A stretch of DNA of 63,728 bases, counting the filler, from Octopus bimaculoides (Eukaryota): NCBI RefSeq assembly GCF_001194135.2. It is 4 parts of 4 records of this genome, joined end to end, with 100 filler letters (N's around TTAATTAATTAA, not from the genome) between each part and the next. Parts side by side here need not be neighbours in the genome. Positions count along the whole stretch, not along the records: positions 21,296 to 52,114 come from NC_068985.1; positions 52,215 to 63,728 come from NC_068990.1; 2 more parts are not named here. One strand, 5' to 3'. Below the pieces are notes generated by a model. It was given only the letters and a program-made list of their open reading frames with translations, searched no databases and had not been told where the DNA came from. Below, piece after piece: positions 49,740 through 62,925 of the stretch. Position numbers and translations under genes: made by a program. The stretch's first letter is position 1; every line of letters starts with the position of its first letter.

Positions 49740-50303
49740 ACACCTCCTCCACCCCTCCCACCTCTCTCTCTACCTATCTATCTATCTCACACACACACAC
49801 GCCTTCCACCTCTCTCTCTCTCTCTCTCTCACGCACACACCTCCCTATCTCTCATTCGGACACACACATACACACACACACGCAATCCTCTCTCCTTCAC
49901 ACTAGTCTCTCTCTCACTCGGACACACACATAAAACACACACACGCACACTTGCACGCACACTCACCCAAACACACACACGTATACACACACAAACACAA
50001 CAGACGCACATATTTACATACACATACACACACAAGTTCATATACAGACTCACACACACAGACTCATTCACACCAACTCACACACACGAACTCACACACA
50101 TACACACACACAAGGACATATACATACATACATACATACACACACGCACACACACATGAATTCACACACCAAACACACACAAACACATACATACACACGC
50201 ATAGAATCACACACGCACACAAACACACTCTCACATACATACACACACACGTAGTCTCACACAAACACACATACACACTCATACACACACACGCACACAC
50301 ACA

Positions 50304-50340
<37 letters not shown>

Positions 50341-50400
50341 TCACATACTCACACACAAATTCACGTTCACAAACACAAACACATACAGATCAGCTGACTA
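49740..50400. repeat. (CA)/(CT) compound low-complexity tract
   Basis: Directly visible. Confidence 0.9.
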
Positions 50401-51259
50401 GAATTTTAATAAACTAACGCTTCATTATCTTCACATCGCCTTTAACGATTTCATCAATTAGCATTTTATTATTGTTGCTTATTTTTTTATATCTATTTTT
50501 CGTTTTGCTTTTAAACATTCGCGATTTATCTTGTAGTTTGTTTCCAATTTTGTTTGTCTGTTATCTAACTATCACAATCATCGTCATCCTAGCTATCATC
50601 ATCATCATCATCATCATCATCTTCAACATCAATAGCAGCTACGCCTCACGAACGATTATCTTTGTTAACAACACTAACCTTGATGTATTCATCCGAAATT
50701 CGATAATAAGATACTTGTAGCTTTAGTAAATGTGTTACAGTAACAAAGAACAGTACAAGTTGAAAATGTTATATATATATAAACAATATTTGAGTATATG
50801 CATATATATGTACATATCTGGGTACATGACGTTGCAAAAGAACTTGGACAAAATGATAAACAAGGTACAACAAACAAGCAGGCCACATAGAGAACATATC
50901 CTTCCTCAGCTGCCACCATTAAAACACCGGCGTTTCGAAGAGTTAGGGCAGGTCACATCGTTAAAATGGCTCTTCCCACGAACACAAATTAATTTTTTTT
51001 CGTGGAGGATAGTGGCGGACGGAAAACAAGACAGGAAAACGAACCGGTGAAATAAACAAACAAAAAAGCTGTACAGCCAGACGTGNNNNNNNNNNNNNNN
51101 NNNNNNNNNNNNNNNNNNNNNNNNNNNNNNNNNNNNNNNNNNNNNNNNNNNNNNNNNNNNNNNNNNNNNNNNNNNNNNNNNNNNNNNNNNNNNNNNNNNN
51201 NNNNNNNNNNNNNNNNNNNNNNNNNNNNNNNNNNNNNNNNNNNNNNNNNNNNNNNNNNN

Positions 51260-51292
<33 letters not shown>

Positions 51293-51671
51293 ACTAAATA
51301 AATAAATATATGTATGGCTGCAGGGTCTAAATGTAAGCACCAATCGGCTTCGTTATCAGCTTTCTGTCACATACCTGACATGCATAGAGATGTCTTTACA
51401 TTATGATGTAATGCACATATATTTGAAAGGGTGCTCTGCTCCTGAAACATATTCTGTTGCGCTACACCTGTACAGTGAATGTCCATCGCTGTTTTAAGAG
51501 AGATTTAAATGCTACGGCCGAGATGGTGAATCACAATGACCGTTTCGTGTGTGTACAGTATGTGACAAACCATGCCTTTCTTTTGCTGGGCTCAAATCTT
51601 ATTTGCGAACCCATGGAAAAAGAACCTCCGCCAACCATTCTGCCTATATGTCTGTGTACACCTTTCAATGC

Positions 51672-51862
51672 AAAGGTGCAGGAGTGGGTGTGTGGTAAGT
51701 AGCTTGCTTACCAACCACATGGTTCCGGATTCAGTCCCACTGCCTGGTACCTTGGGGAAGTGTCTTCTACTATAGCCTCGGGCCAACCAAAGCCTTATAA
51801 GTGGATTTGATAGACGGAAACTGAAAGAAGCCCGTCGTATATATATATATATATATATATAA

Positions 51863-51897
<35 letters not shown>

Positions 51898-52100
51898 TTT
51901 GTGTGTCTGTGTTTGTCCCTCCACCATCGCTTGACAACCGATGGTGGTGTGCTTACGTCCCGTAACTTAGCGGTTTAGCAAAAAAATCGATAGAATAAGT
52001 ACTAGGTTTACAACGAATAAGTCCTGGGGTCGATTTGTTCGATTAAAGGCGGTGCTCCAGCATGGCTGCAGTCAAATGACCGAAACAAATAAAAGAATAG
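51672..52100 (+). mobile_element. Complete SINE family A (tRNA head, CORE-like domain, internal (TA)(TG) microsatellite, tail)
   Basis: ggtgcaggagtgg..ggttccggattcagtcccactgcctggtaccttggggaagtgtctt..gaagcccgtcgtat..cttagcggtt..gcggtgctccagcatggc; CACCTTGGGCAAG-type core as in CORE-SINEs. Confidence 0.92.
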
Positions 52101-52214
52101 AAGAAATTATATATNNNNNNNNNNNNNNNNNNNNNNNNNNNNNNNNNNNNNNNNNNNNTTAATTAATTAANNNNNNNNNNNNNNNNNNNNNNNNNNNNNN
52201 NNNNNNNNNNNNNN

Positions 52215-52253
<39 letters not shown>

Positions 52254-52493
52254 AAATAGTAAATGAGTATATGCATATATACGTACAGGTATTTGCATAC
52301 CAACATCCACCTGTATGTATAGGTGCATATCTGGGTACAGGACATTGCAAACAAAACGTAGACGAGAAAGCACAAGCCACATAGAGAACATTCTACTTCA
52401 TCAGCTATAATTATATATATATATACATATATAATTATATATATATATACACATATATCTATATACATATATGCATATTTATGCAAAATTATG

Positions 52494-52530
<37 letters not shown>

Positions 52531-54959
52531 ATATTGATAGATAGATAGATAGCGAAATATATCTACCTCAATTACTGATTTCATACATTCTAAAATGTGT
52601 TTCTATGCATATATGTGTGCATATATATAAATATATATATATATACATATGTATATATATATATATATATTCATGTATATGTGTGTGTTGTATGTGTATC
52701 TCTGTCTTTATCTCTCTCATATACAGTCACACACCAGGACACACACCAGCATACCCACACACACATGCATGTAGACATGCATTCAAACACACATACAAAG
52801 ATGCTGATTTCTTTTTTTAGGATGCAAGAACTTGGTATCTATCTTCCACAATGACAGTAACACATAATAATAAAATGTCACTCGAAGATTGGTCCCTGCT
52901 TAGCAGCCAACCTGTTTGTATACAGACTACTGTACGTTGGTTTCTTTAATGCCATAAGTGATAAGTAAAGCTTTGAGCTATAGACTGTCAACTCTGAGTG
53001 CAAGAAACAAACTTTCATTAAAATTTCTATAGTATAATTATATTTTGTAAACTGATTGCTTGCTTAATTACTTATTTGATTGCTTCTGACCATAAAAACA
53101 ATGAGAATGGGACCACGTTTGTTTGCCTAACCCTTGACACTGAACAGAAGACAGAAGAGTTTTTTTTATTTTAATACCATAAATCATATTACATACAAAA
53201 AAAATTTAGACAAAAACAGAATATTAGAAAGCTAGTGATAATCTGAATAATGTAAAGCTTGGAACTGTGGATAAATATGTATGTTGTAGGGAGATAATAA
53301 ACCTCAGCTAGATCAAAACTCTTTACAAGAGAGAGAGAGAGAGAGAGAGAGAGCTGTGAGGAGAGTATTTTTGTTGAAGTATATTTATGGTCTTATTGAT
53401 AATTGTGTAAAGTAAAAAGATGGTGAGAGGAGAGAGGGGGATGGAGGAAGTTACCAGGTGTAAAAGGCATTTGATAGGTCATTGGCCTCAGTGAGGTAGT
53501 AAAGTCTTGTGATGGAACATTGTCCTTTTATTTGTGTACGAAATGTATTATAATATGAAGCATAGTTTTATAACAAATCTGCACTGAAATTTTCCATAAA
53601 ATATATCAAATGGAAAAAAATACTTCTTTTTTTCTGATTGATTGGACCTTAGTTAATTACAGAAATAATTGATTTCATTGCAATGCTACGAGGAATTTTA
53701 TTGGTGTAGCTCAAGAAATTAATCTGTGACTCATGCTTGCTTATTTCATTAACCACAGGAAAATGAAAATCGAATTTTACCCAAGTAAAATTTTACCATA
53801 GAAGAAAGAAATAAGTTTAAAGGCATGACTTAATATTTTCATAGCCTTTATTTCTTCCATGAATAGATAACCTGTATGTTTCTGCTAATGTCTAAAAGTC
53901 ACAAGAATTTGATGGATTTAATAAAATGATTGTTGTTTATTAAGTACTGAGGGAAGCAGAAATGTCTCATGATTGATGAGGTATATATAACAGGAAAAAG
54001 CAGTCAAAACTGAAGTAGTAAAACAAAATAGCTGTTGCATGTTTAGAGCTTCTTCTGGTTTGAAGAGGTGGCTGCATGGATGACAGAGTAGGAAGAAAAA
54101 CAGGTTATAATGTGAGCCAGACGAAACTGGACATTTCCTGGTGACACTGATACTGCTAGATACCACTTTATGTAGCCACACTACTGTACAGTGGTGAAAT
54201 CATCCTGATTACCAATCAACAAGTTGTGAAGAGAGCATCCTACAGTGCAAGATGTATATAGAATGTATTGGTTTGAAAATAAACCAAAATTTCTTATATG
54301 AAACTATGAATGATACTTTTCTCTCAAGATGCTGTTCATCTAAAAATTACATTCTGATTAACATTTAAATTCAAATACAGTAGTACCTCAATTTTTGAAC
54401 AACTCTGATCATGAATAGATCATGCTTTANNNNNNNNNNNNNNNNNNNNNNNNNNNNNNNNNNNNNNNNNNNNNNNNNNNNNNNNNNNNNNNNNNNNNNN
54501 NNNNNNNNNNNNNNNNNNNNNNNNNNNNNNNNNNNNNNNNNNNNNNNNNNNNNNNNNNNNNNNNNNNNNNNNNNNNNNNNTATATAGATAGATAGATATA
54601 GTTTTATAAAGCATGATTTTTTTGTGAGGCGTTCATAAACCGAGATTCTACTGTATGTGCATTGTAATACGATTTATTCCAGACAAATTGATAACTTGAA
54701 ATCAAAGAACCAAAGGTATTCTCAGACCTTACATAATTTGCCAAGGAAAAGTTTGATACAATAACTAAACTAATTGCAATTTTCTTTCCTTTTGCTCAAA
54801 AATAATGCTCCGAATATTTCTAACCAATGATATTAAGTTTTTCCTAAAGAGTTACTTATATCCTGCTACTAAAAGTATTTAGCTTATTGATTGAATAATA
54901 TATATGAAACTGGAAAAATAACTTTGAAATAGGGAAACCAAATACTTTTTCTTTATATA

Positions 54960-55590
54960 CAGGTGCAGGAGTAGCAAAAAGCTTGCTTCCCAACCATATG
55001 GTTCTGAGGTTAGTTCCATTTCATGACACCTTGGGCAAGTGTCTTCTACTATGGCTTTGAGCTGATCAAAGCTTCTGTATAAATTTGGTTGATGGAAACT
55101 GAAAGAAGCCTGTCATATATATCAATATACCTATGCATGTGTGTGTCTTTGTGTCTGTGTTTATCCCACATCAACACTAGTTTTGGTGTTTACACCACCC
55201 CCCCCCCATAACTTAGTGCTTCAGCCAAAGAGACCGATATAGTAAGCACCAGACTTTAACCCTTTTGATACCAACCCGACTGAAACCGTCTCTGGCTTTG
55301 TAGTACAAATGTTTGATTCATAAGTTTTGAATTAAAATCTTCCCCCAAACCTCAGTCACAATTATGTTCTTAACTCTAGCTTAATGATAACTAAGTTGTT
55401 TTACTAAATTCTTTGTTATATTTCAAATCAATTGAAAGAAACACAGAGCATCTCAAAATAAATACGGTAACGAAAGGGTTAAGGAATAAGAAAGGTACTG
55501 GGGTCAATTCATTCAACTAAAATTCTTCAAGGCAGTGCCCCCAGCATGGCCACAGTCTAATAACTGATACAAGCGAAAGACAGAAGATAA
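54960..55590 (+). mobile_element. CpG-decayed SINE family A interrupted by a piggyBac MITE
   Basis: Aligns to 51672-52100 with CG to TG/CA changes. Confidence 0.85.
55260..55478. mobile_element. piggyBac-type MITE (219 bp)
   Basis: TTAA TSD at 55256-55259 and 55479-55482; TIR cccttttgatacc / ggtaacgaaaggg (11/13). Confidence 0.9.
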
Positions 55591-55816
55591 AGTACAGATA
55601 AAGATTGAAAATTTATAAAGAAAGAGAAAGGGGAATCGGTAGTATTTATACCATTCTTACCGGCCTGAGCAAAATAGGGTAAGTCTTATATGAAACTATG
55701 AATGATACTTTTCTCTCAAGATGCTGTTCATCTAAAAATTACATTCTGATTAACATTTAAATTCAAATACAGTAGTACCTCAATTTTTGAACAACTCTGA
55801 TCATGAATAGATCATG

Positions 55817-55859
<43 letters not shown>

Positions 55860-56249
55860 TAGATAGATATAGTTTTATAAGATATAGTTCCATAAGGAAT
55901 TAAATATGGACATAATGACAGATTTCTAAACTTTAACATAGATTCTACACTACTTACCAGAAGTATGTATCCATATTCTTTTACTGGTTTTATTTAGTGC
56001 ACTATAGCTATATTTGGCAGGACTGAGAAGGTGGTGGTGTTCATGGTGGTCATAGTCATTGTCATAATATAGCTTTTAAAGGTTTAATTGTATTTCAATC
56101 TAGTATTACTTTATTTCCCCCTGTATACAGAACCACTATGTCATGATACATAAAGGATATGGCATAAACTAGACAGTACATAGATATAAATGCTCATATA
56201 TACCTACACACATATGCACATACACATATGTATGTGCATTATATGTATA

Positions 56250-57483
56250 CATGGGTTGGACAAAATAATGGAAACAACTTAGAATTTCAAGTTTATTTTA
56301 ATATGGGATAGGCCCACCTTTGGCAGTAATTACAGCTTGGATTCTATGAGGTATGGACTCATACAAAGTTTGAATTCTTTCTAAAGGAATTTTTGTCCAT
56401 TCTTCAGCTAAAACAGTCTCCAGTTCTTGTAGTGATGATGGTGAAGAATATTGACTCCTTACTTGTTTTTCTAAAAAGGCACCATAAATGTTCAATGATA
56501 TTGAGATCTGGGAACTGTGGTGGCCAGATAAGATGTTCAACTTCACTAGAATGTTCCTCGTGCCATTCAGTAACAACTTTAGGTGTGTGAATTGGTGCAT
56601 TATTACTCCGAAAGATTGCATTTCCCTCTGGAAACAATTCCGCAACCATAGGATGAATCTGATCAAATAAAATGTTTAAATAGCCTTGAAATCACTGAGC
56701 CAGTGGATCTCCAAGATATTGCCTCCCAGATCATCACAGATATCCTCCTCCATGTTTAATAGTTGGAAGAAGGCAGTGTGGGTCATGTGCTTCTTTTGGC
56801 TGTCTCCACACGTATACTTGGCTGGTGGCCGGAAATAAGGTAAAGGATGACTCGTCCGAGAAAATAACATTCTTCCAATGCTCTAGGTTTTTACTCCACT
56901 CTTAATCCTTTGCAATGTATGTTTTTGAAAGTAGTAGTTTTGTGATTGCAGCCCTCCCGTGAAATCTGGCTTTGTGCAGCTCCCGGTGAACAGTTTTTGT
57001 GGAAATTGGGTTCTTGAAGTAGTCATTAAGCTCTGCAGTAATTTTGGGAGCTGTATTTTTGTGATCTTTTCTAACAATTTGTGTAAGAGTCCAGCAGTCC
57101 CTATCTGAAAGTTTTGGTTTTCTTCCAGAGTTTTGTTTCAACGAGGAGGTTTTTCCCTCTTTCTCAAAGGCTGCCATTACTTTCAAGACAGTACTTCTTG
57201 ATACACCAAACATTTCGGCTGTTCTCATTCTGCTAGCACCTGCCATATGAGCACCAACAATTTGATTTCTTTGAAAGTTCGATAGATCTGTCATTTTAAT
57301 GAATTTTAATTGCCTTTTACTGATGATATCGGAAAAGGAAAAGCAATTTTAGCAAAACATATTAAGCAATACTAATAATAAATTTTAAAAAATATAAAAA
57401 TAAAGAAGCTTTTGACGGTTTTATCGATATTTCAAAATTATGATGCTATGATGCTAGGTGTTTCCATTATTTTGTCCAGCCTG
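56250..57483 (-). mobile_element. Full-length Tc1-like (DD34E) DNA transposon with a frameshifted transposase
   Basis: TIRs ca.gg.tggacaaaataatggaaaca at both ends, TA flanks; HTH region MTDLSNFQRNQIVGA..GVSRSTV..GRKPKLSDRD, IFSDES, NAPIH, WPPQFPDLNIIEHLW, ..AVITAKGGPIPY. Confidence 0.95.
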
Positions 57484-57489
57484 TATATA

Positions 57490-57720
57490 TCATCATCATC
57501 ATTTAACATCTGCTTTCTGTGCTGGCATGAGTTAGATAGTTTGATTGAAACTGCTAAGCTGGATAGCTGCATGAAGTTCATACTCATTTGTTATCACCTT
57601 TGTGCGGCCCAATGCTCAAAGATCACACTTCACCACCTTGTCTCAAGTTTTCCTGGGTCCACCTCTTCCACAGGTTCCTTCCACAGTTTGAGACTGGCAA
57701 TTCTTTATGCAGCTGTCCTC
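57490..57720 (-). mobile_element. Old copy of an (ATC)n-tailed RTE-associated repeat
   Basis: catcatcatcatttaacatctgctttc..gcatgagttagat is the CpG-decayed form of 63443 onward. Confidence 0.65.
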
Positions 57721-57819
57721 TTTGGCCACTTGGCTGTGTGTGTACATATTATATATATACGTATGCAAGTATGTATGTTATAGTGTTTTCTACTTATAAC
57801 CTCAGGATGACCAATGCCT

Positions 57820-58090
57820 TGCGAGTGAATGTGGTTGACAGGAACTGGGTGGAAGCCCATTGTAAATACATACATATAGATATGCATGTCTGTGTGTGTA
57901 TTTGTGTTTGTCCCTCTACCAGAGTTGGTTTGCTTATGTCTCCATAAAGTAGAAGTTCTTTTAAAAGTCTCTGACAGAATTAGTACTAGACTTACAAAAA
58001 TTAGTACCAGGGTCAATTTATTTGACTACACCCTTCAAAGTGGTGCTGCAGCATGGGCACATTCCAATGGTTGAAACAAATAAAAGATAA
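57820..58090 (+). mobile_element. CpG-decayed 3' half of SINE family A
   Basis: ggttgacaggaactgggtggaagcccattgt..ggtgctgcagcatggg. Confidence 0.75.
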
Positions 58091-58252
58091 AATACGCACT
58101 CACATACATACACACACAGAAGTAAGTTTAGAGTTGGTGTTCACAGCAGATTTTCTCATTCTCTTAGTTCCAAAGTTTTTAACACAATGTCATCTAGAAA
58201 TAATACATTTCTAAATCTCTCAGAGAGATTTATGCAGTAGTGATACGATGAA

Positions 58253-58546
58253 GTAGTTGTATGCTGTCAACTTAATGTGACAGTCCCCTGAAGGGAATAA
58301 TACTACTGTTGGTTAGACCTAGGGAATAATACTACTGTTGGTTAGAATGATGATGAGCAAAGACTCAGAAACATGTCTCTGGATGCAGGCTTAGCTGGGT
58401 GGAGGTGCTTGTCTCCCCCTTGTAAATATAAGGACACAAGAAATGTGTCAAGGCTTACAGGAAGTGGTGTAGCTTCCTAGGTCTAACCAACAGTAGTATT
58501 ATTCCCTTCAGGGTACTGTCACATTAAGTTGACAGCATACAACTAC
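58253..58546. mobile_element. MITE-like foldback (294 bp) with 71-bp near-perfect TIRs
   Basis: 58253-58323 vs 58476-58546, one mismatch; internal 26-bp tandem duplication agggaataatactactgttggttaga. Confidence 0.85.
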
Positions 58547-59067
58547 TACAATGTTATCTATTTAACTATTTTATCAAAACAGCATAGGTCACTTAATAAT
58601 TTAACAGGTCATCTCTGTCTGGCTAAATTAATGTATCTTAAGCATCGTGGAAATCAAAGAAGTATTAAAGAAATATTATAAGTAATTTAAATGATAATGT
58701 GAAATACTGGTACAATATCGTGTGTGTATCATACAAGAATATAGGTAGGTGCTGATGAAGCAGTTTTATATCAGAGTTGTGATGTCATGAAGGGAGAAAC
58801 TCACGGTATTTTCAGTTATCATTCTAAGATTTGAGAATGAAAGCTACTGTGACAATGTATATATATTTTTTCTTGTCTCTCAATGAATGATTAATTAACT
58901 CTTGGAGATTTCTTGTATAATCTTTCAAACATCAAATAAAGAGTCATTAGTGTTTCTTTCATCACAAATCTATATTGTTTTATCTTGTTGTGATTTATTC
59001 ACCTAACAACATTGCTTATCAAGAAATATTTTCCCAACACCAGTTCTGTCTTTCTTGCAGTTCTTTC

Positions 59068-59145
59068 ATTCTTCTTCTTCTTCTTCTTCTTCTTCTTCTT
59101 CTTCTTCTTCTTCTTCTTCTTCTTCTTCTTCTTCTTCTTCTTCTC
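59068..59145. repeat. (TTC)n microsatellite
   Basis: Directly visible. Confidence 0.95.
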
Positions 59146-59334
59146 CTCCTCCTTTTGGTCCTCACTTTTATTACTTTTATAAGGCTTCAGAAATGATATT
59201 TATAATTTCAAGGGTCAGTATACTATTATGAGACTGCCTTTATGAGGTTGCTTGCTCTGCTGGAATGGCAGACAAATATCCTCCTAATTATACCTTATTC
59301 TCTTAAAAAAAGAAGAATGATACATTGAATCATA

Positions 59335-59490
59335 GGCACAGGCATGCTAAGGAAGTTGCTTCCCAACCACATGATTTCAGGTTCAGTCCTACTGTATGGC
59401 ACTTTGAATATGTACCTTCCACTATAGACCTAGGCCAACAAAAGCCTTATGAGTGTATTTGGTACACAGAAATTGAAAGAAGCTGGTTGT

Positions 59491-59495
<5 letters not shown>
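59335..59495 (+). mobile_element. CpG-decayed SINE family A
   Basis: gcttcccaaccacatgatttcaggttcagtcctactgtatggcactttg. Confidence 0.8.
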
Positions 59496-59553
<58 letters not shown>

Positions 59554-59646
59554 CATACAAATATAATTAAAGGATGAAATCATTAAAAATCTTATCAATG
59601 GCCAGCATATAAGATAGACCTGTTTAGGTAAATTCATATATAGAAA

Positions 59647-59806
59647 TTTATAATAATATAAAATACAATTATAATCAAGGGCACAGAGGCTTTTCTACCT
59701 ATATGCTGAAAATAGATGCTAAATCGGATTTAACGTCTATTTTCAGCATATAGGCATAGAATCCTTTGCATCCTTAATTATAATTGTATTTTATACTATT
59801 ATAAAG
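59647..59806. repeat. 160-bp imperfect palindrome
   Basis: Inner arms cctatatgctgaaaataga.g.taaa 24/26, outer arms 32/35, about 5-nt loop. Confidence 0.9.
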
Positions 59807-60065
59807 CTATATATATACCAAAGTAAGCACATAAATGTGAAACCGACATGAATACTTAAATAAATACAGGTATAGTCTATGATATGGTAAGCTCAAGTTA
59901 TGGGATTTTACATAAATTGTACAGTATGACCACTATTTCAGTAATTTTGCTCTTACAGAAACTTGAATAATTTTAACAATTTAAAATCAACACTTCTGAG
60001 AATGACAGAATTTCCTTCAATGGCTAAAAAAGAGTTTTGGTATGAGACACATTGAAACAGTACCC

Positions 60066-60690
60066 AGACTTACAAAAATTAGTACCAGGGTCAATTTATT
60101 TGACTACACCCTTCAAAGTGGTGCTGCAGCATGGGCACATTCCAATGGTTGAAACAAATAAAAGATAAAATACGCACTCACATACATACACATACAATAT
60201 CATTTCTGAAGCCTTATAANNNNNNNNNNNNNNNNNNNNNNNNNNNNNNNNNNNNNNNNNNNNNNNNNNNNNNNNNNNNNNNNNNNNNNNNNNNNNNNNN
60301 NNNNNNNNNNNNNNNNNNNNNNNNNNNNNNNNNNNNNNNAGAAGAAGAAGAAGAATGAAAGAACTGCAAGAAAGACAGAACTGGTGTTGGGAAAATATTT
60401 CTTGATAAGCAATGTTGTTAGGTGAATAAATCACAACAAGATAAAACAATATAGATTTGTGATGAAAGAAACACTAATGACTCTTTATTTGATGTTTGAA
60501 AGATTATACAAGAAATCTCCAAGAGTTAATTAATCATTCATTGAGAGACAAGAAAAAATATATATACATTGTCACAGTAGCTTTCATTCCCAAATCTTAG
60601 AATGATAACTGAAAATACCGTGAGTTTCTCCCTTCATGACATCACAACTCTGATATAAAACTGCTTCATCAGCACCTACCTATATTCTTG
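60066..60690. repeat. Chimeric duplicate block: direct copy of 57988-58114 fused to an inverted copy of 58734-59200
   Basis: Near-exact matches; the gap at 60220-60339 sits on the (GAA)n. Confidence 0.9.
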
Positions 60691-61615
60691 AGACTACAAA
60701 ATAAACTTTTCTTTTTTAATCAATATAAAACTGATTGTAGTATATTAGTACCAGATAAATTTTAACAAGATAAGAGGCTGTATTGCGTTGCCTAATCAGT
60801 AATGGTTTATAACTGTGCATTGACACTTACAACAATCTGATGCTTAACAGTAACAACAGCATGATGCATGGACATACTGCATCAATTTATCAACTAAATC
60901 ACAATGTGAAAAATAACAAATGTCTAATAGACATTTCACATATGGACACACAGGAAACTAACACAGTAAAACATAGTAGAAAGAGTCACTGTGAGACCAT
61001 TGCATAAGAATATGTATATATATCATCATGATATTTCATCAATCTACATCCATTTTACCATGCTGGCACACAGACAAGTCTTGAAGTGTCACAGTGTCTC
61101 CTAACAGACTAGAAGTATTTTATCATACAATTCCCATTAAAAAGATTGTCTGTAGCAGAAGAAAAGTGACTTTCTTCATTCTATACGAGCTTTTATTCAG
61201 AATATCTCCTCTCTGAGACAAGTTGCCTGCACCATGACTTACAGACTTCACATTTCTATTCAATCTTTCATTTTTAGCTGCTTTCTTTTTCTAGATGTAC
61301 TAGGCCCATTTTGTTATGTAATCAGCTTTTGACCAGTTGTCTGTACTAGTATTAGAGAATTATCTCTACCCAATTCCAATTTTTATTCAGAGTTACTTTT
61401 CTCCTACATAAGTTGCTAACATTGTGGTCTTGGATCCCATATATATATAAATGATATACAGAAAGTATTAGGTTAGCATCATCCCAACATAGAAATAAAT
61501 TTCAAAAATATTTAATAAAATATCTTATGCTGACAAGCAGAGTTATATTTGATGTAACATATGTATACATAAATATACATGTCACATATGTAAATATATA
61601 ACTTGTGTTTGTGTC

Positions 61616-61655
<40 letters not shown>

Positions 61656-62619
61656 GTTATGATATTTTTGAATGCATGATAAATAACCAATTATATTAGA
61701 ACTCAATATACTTACTGTGTTAAATACCTAAGTCTACACATATGAAAATATCCATGTGCATTGTAGCAACTACTACAATTATAGACAATAACACAAACAG
61801 AACAAAATATATTAGAAAGAATAGCAGAAAGCAATGTCTCGATATACTCATTCCTACAGCTGTTTAAATAATTCTTACACCACCATGCTGTTACATAAGA
61901 CCTAAAATTCACATTTCAACAAATAGTGTTTATAGAGGAATATGAAGAATACAATACAATACAAGTCCACTCTTATATAGAAAGAACAACATTAAAATGA
62001 TAAGAAGTAAAAAAAAGAAAGAAGGAAAAAATAATTTTGTATAATTGACAAGGCTCTCTTGTCCAACATGTATGAGGTTACAAAGTGTATAGCAGTTCAA
62101 AGAGATAAAAATATACCAGGCTGTAACAAAGTTAAAAATTCAGACAATATTAATTAAACAAGCAAGAAGTCTATTCATAAGAAAACCTTGATAAACAGTT
62201 ATATATATTTACCAACACAAGTATACAAGAACACCAGGTGGAGTTATTACATTTACAGATGCATACACAAAGACATAGGTAGGTATCAGTTCAGAAGAAC
62301 TACAATTATACACATATGTGCATAGTTACATATAAAATATTACTGTAAATATAAATAAACATTTAAATGATAAATCTAAAATGAGTAGATAAAAGCAATT
62401 AAAACAAAGCATAAAATATGCTAAATAAAAATTTTAAAAAGCAAATTAGCTTTGAAAAAATAAAATCAAAATTAAATTCATTTCAATAAGCAACTAGCAG
62501 AGAACCAACACCATAAAATATCGATAACAATGTTCAAATATACATTTGGATAAATAGTATACATATGGATAAATATACATATGGATAAATAACATATATA
62601 CACATGGATAAATAAGTAT

Positions 62620-62925
62620 AGGTACAGGTGTGGTTGTTTGGTAAGAAGATTGATTCTTAGCCACACGTTTCCTGGTTCAGTCCCACTGCCTGGCTGGCAC
62701 CTTGGGCCAGTGTCTTCCACTATAGCCTTGGGCTAAACACAGCCTTGTGAGTGGATTTGGTAGGTGGAGACTGAAAGAAGCCCATTATATGTATATATCT
62801 ATGTGCATGTGTCATTGAGCCTGTGTTTGTTTCCTACCACTACTCGACAACTGCTTTTACTTTGTTTACACTCTCATAACTTAGTGGTTTGGTCAAAGAG
62901 ACTGATAGAATAAGAATCAGGTTTA
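62620..62925 (+). mobile_element. CpG-decayed SINE family A
   Basis: ggttcagtcccactgcctggctggcaccttgggccagtgtctt..gaagcccattatat. Confidence 0.85.

Larger units (their letters stand above)
47495..52405 (+). repeat. Cluster of four same-orientation copies of one dispersed repeat (47495-47720, 48195-48260, 50815-51065, 52325-52405)
   Basis: Shared catatctgggtaca.gacg..caaaa..cgtagac..ccacatagagaaca...cttc.tcagct; related to the palindrome arms at 11305-11590. Confidence 0.7.

Noticed and set aside
56298-57294. Functional or domesticated transposase
   Set aside because: Split over at least four frames, with the second catalytic Asp region altered (SNNAP)
12776-60449. ORFs consisting mostly of X
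   Set aside because: They span N gaps; artefacts of the ORF caller
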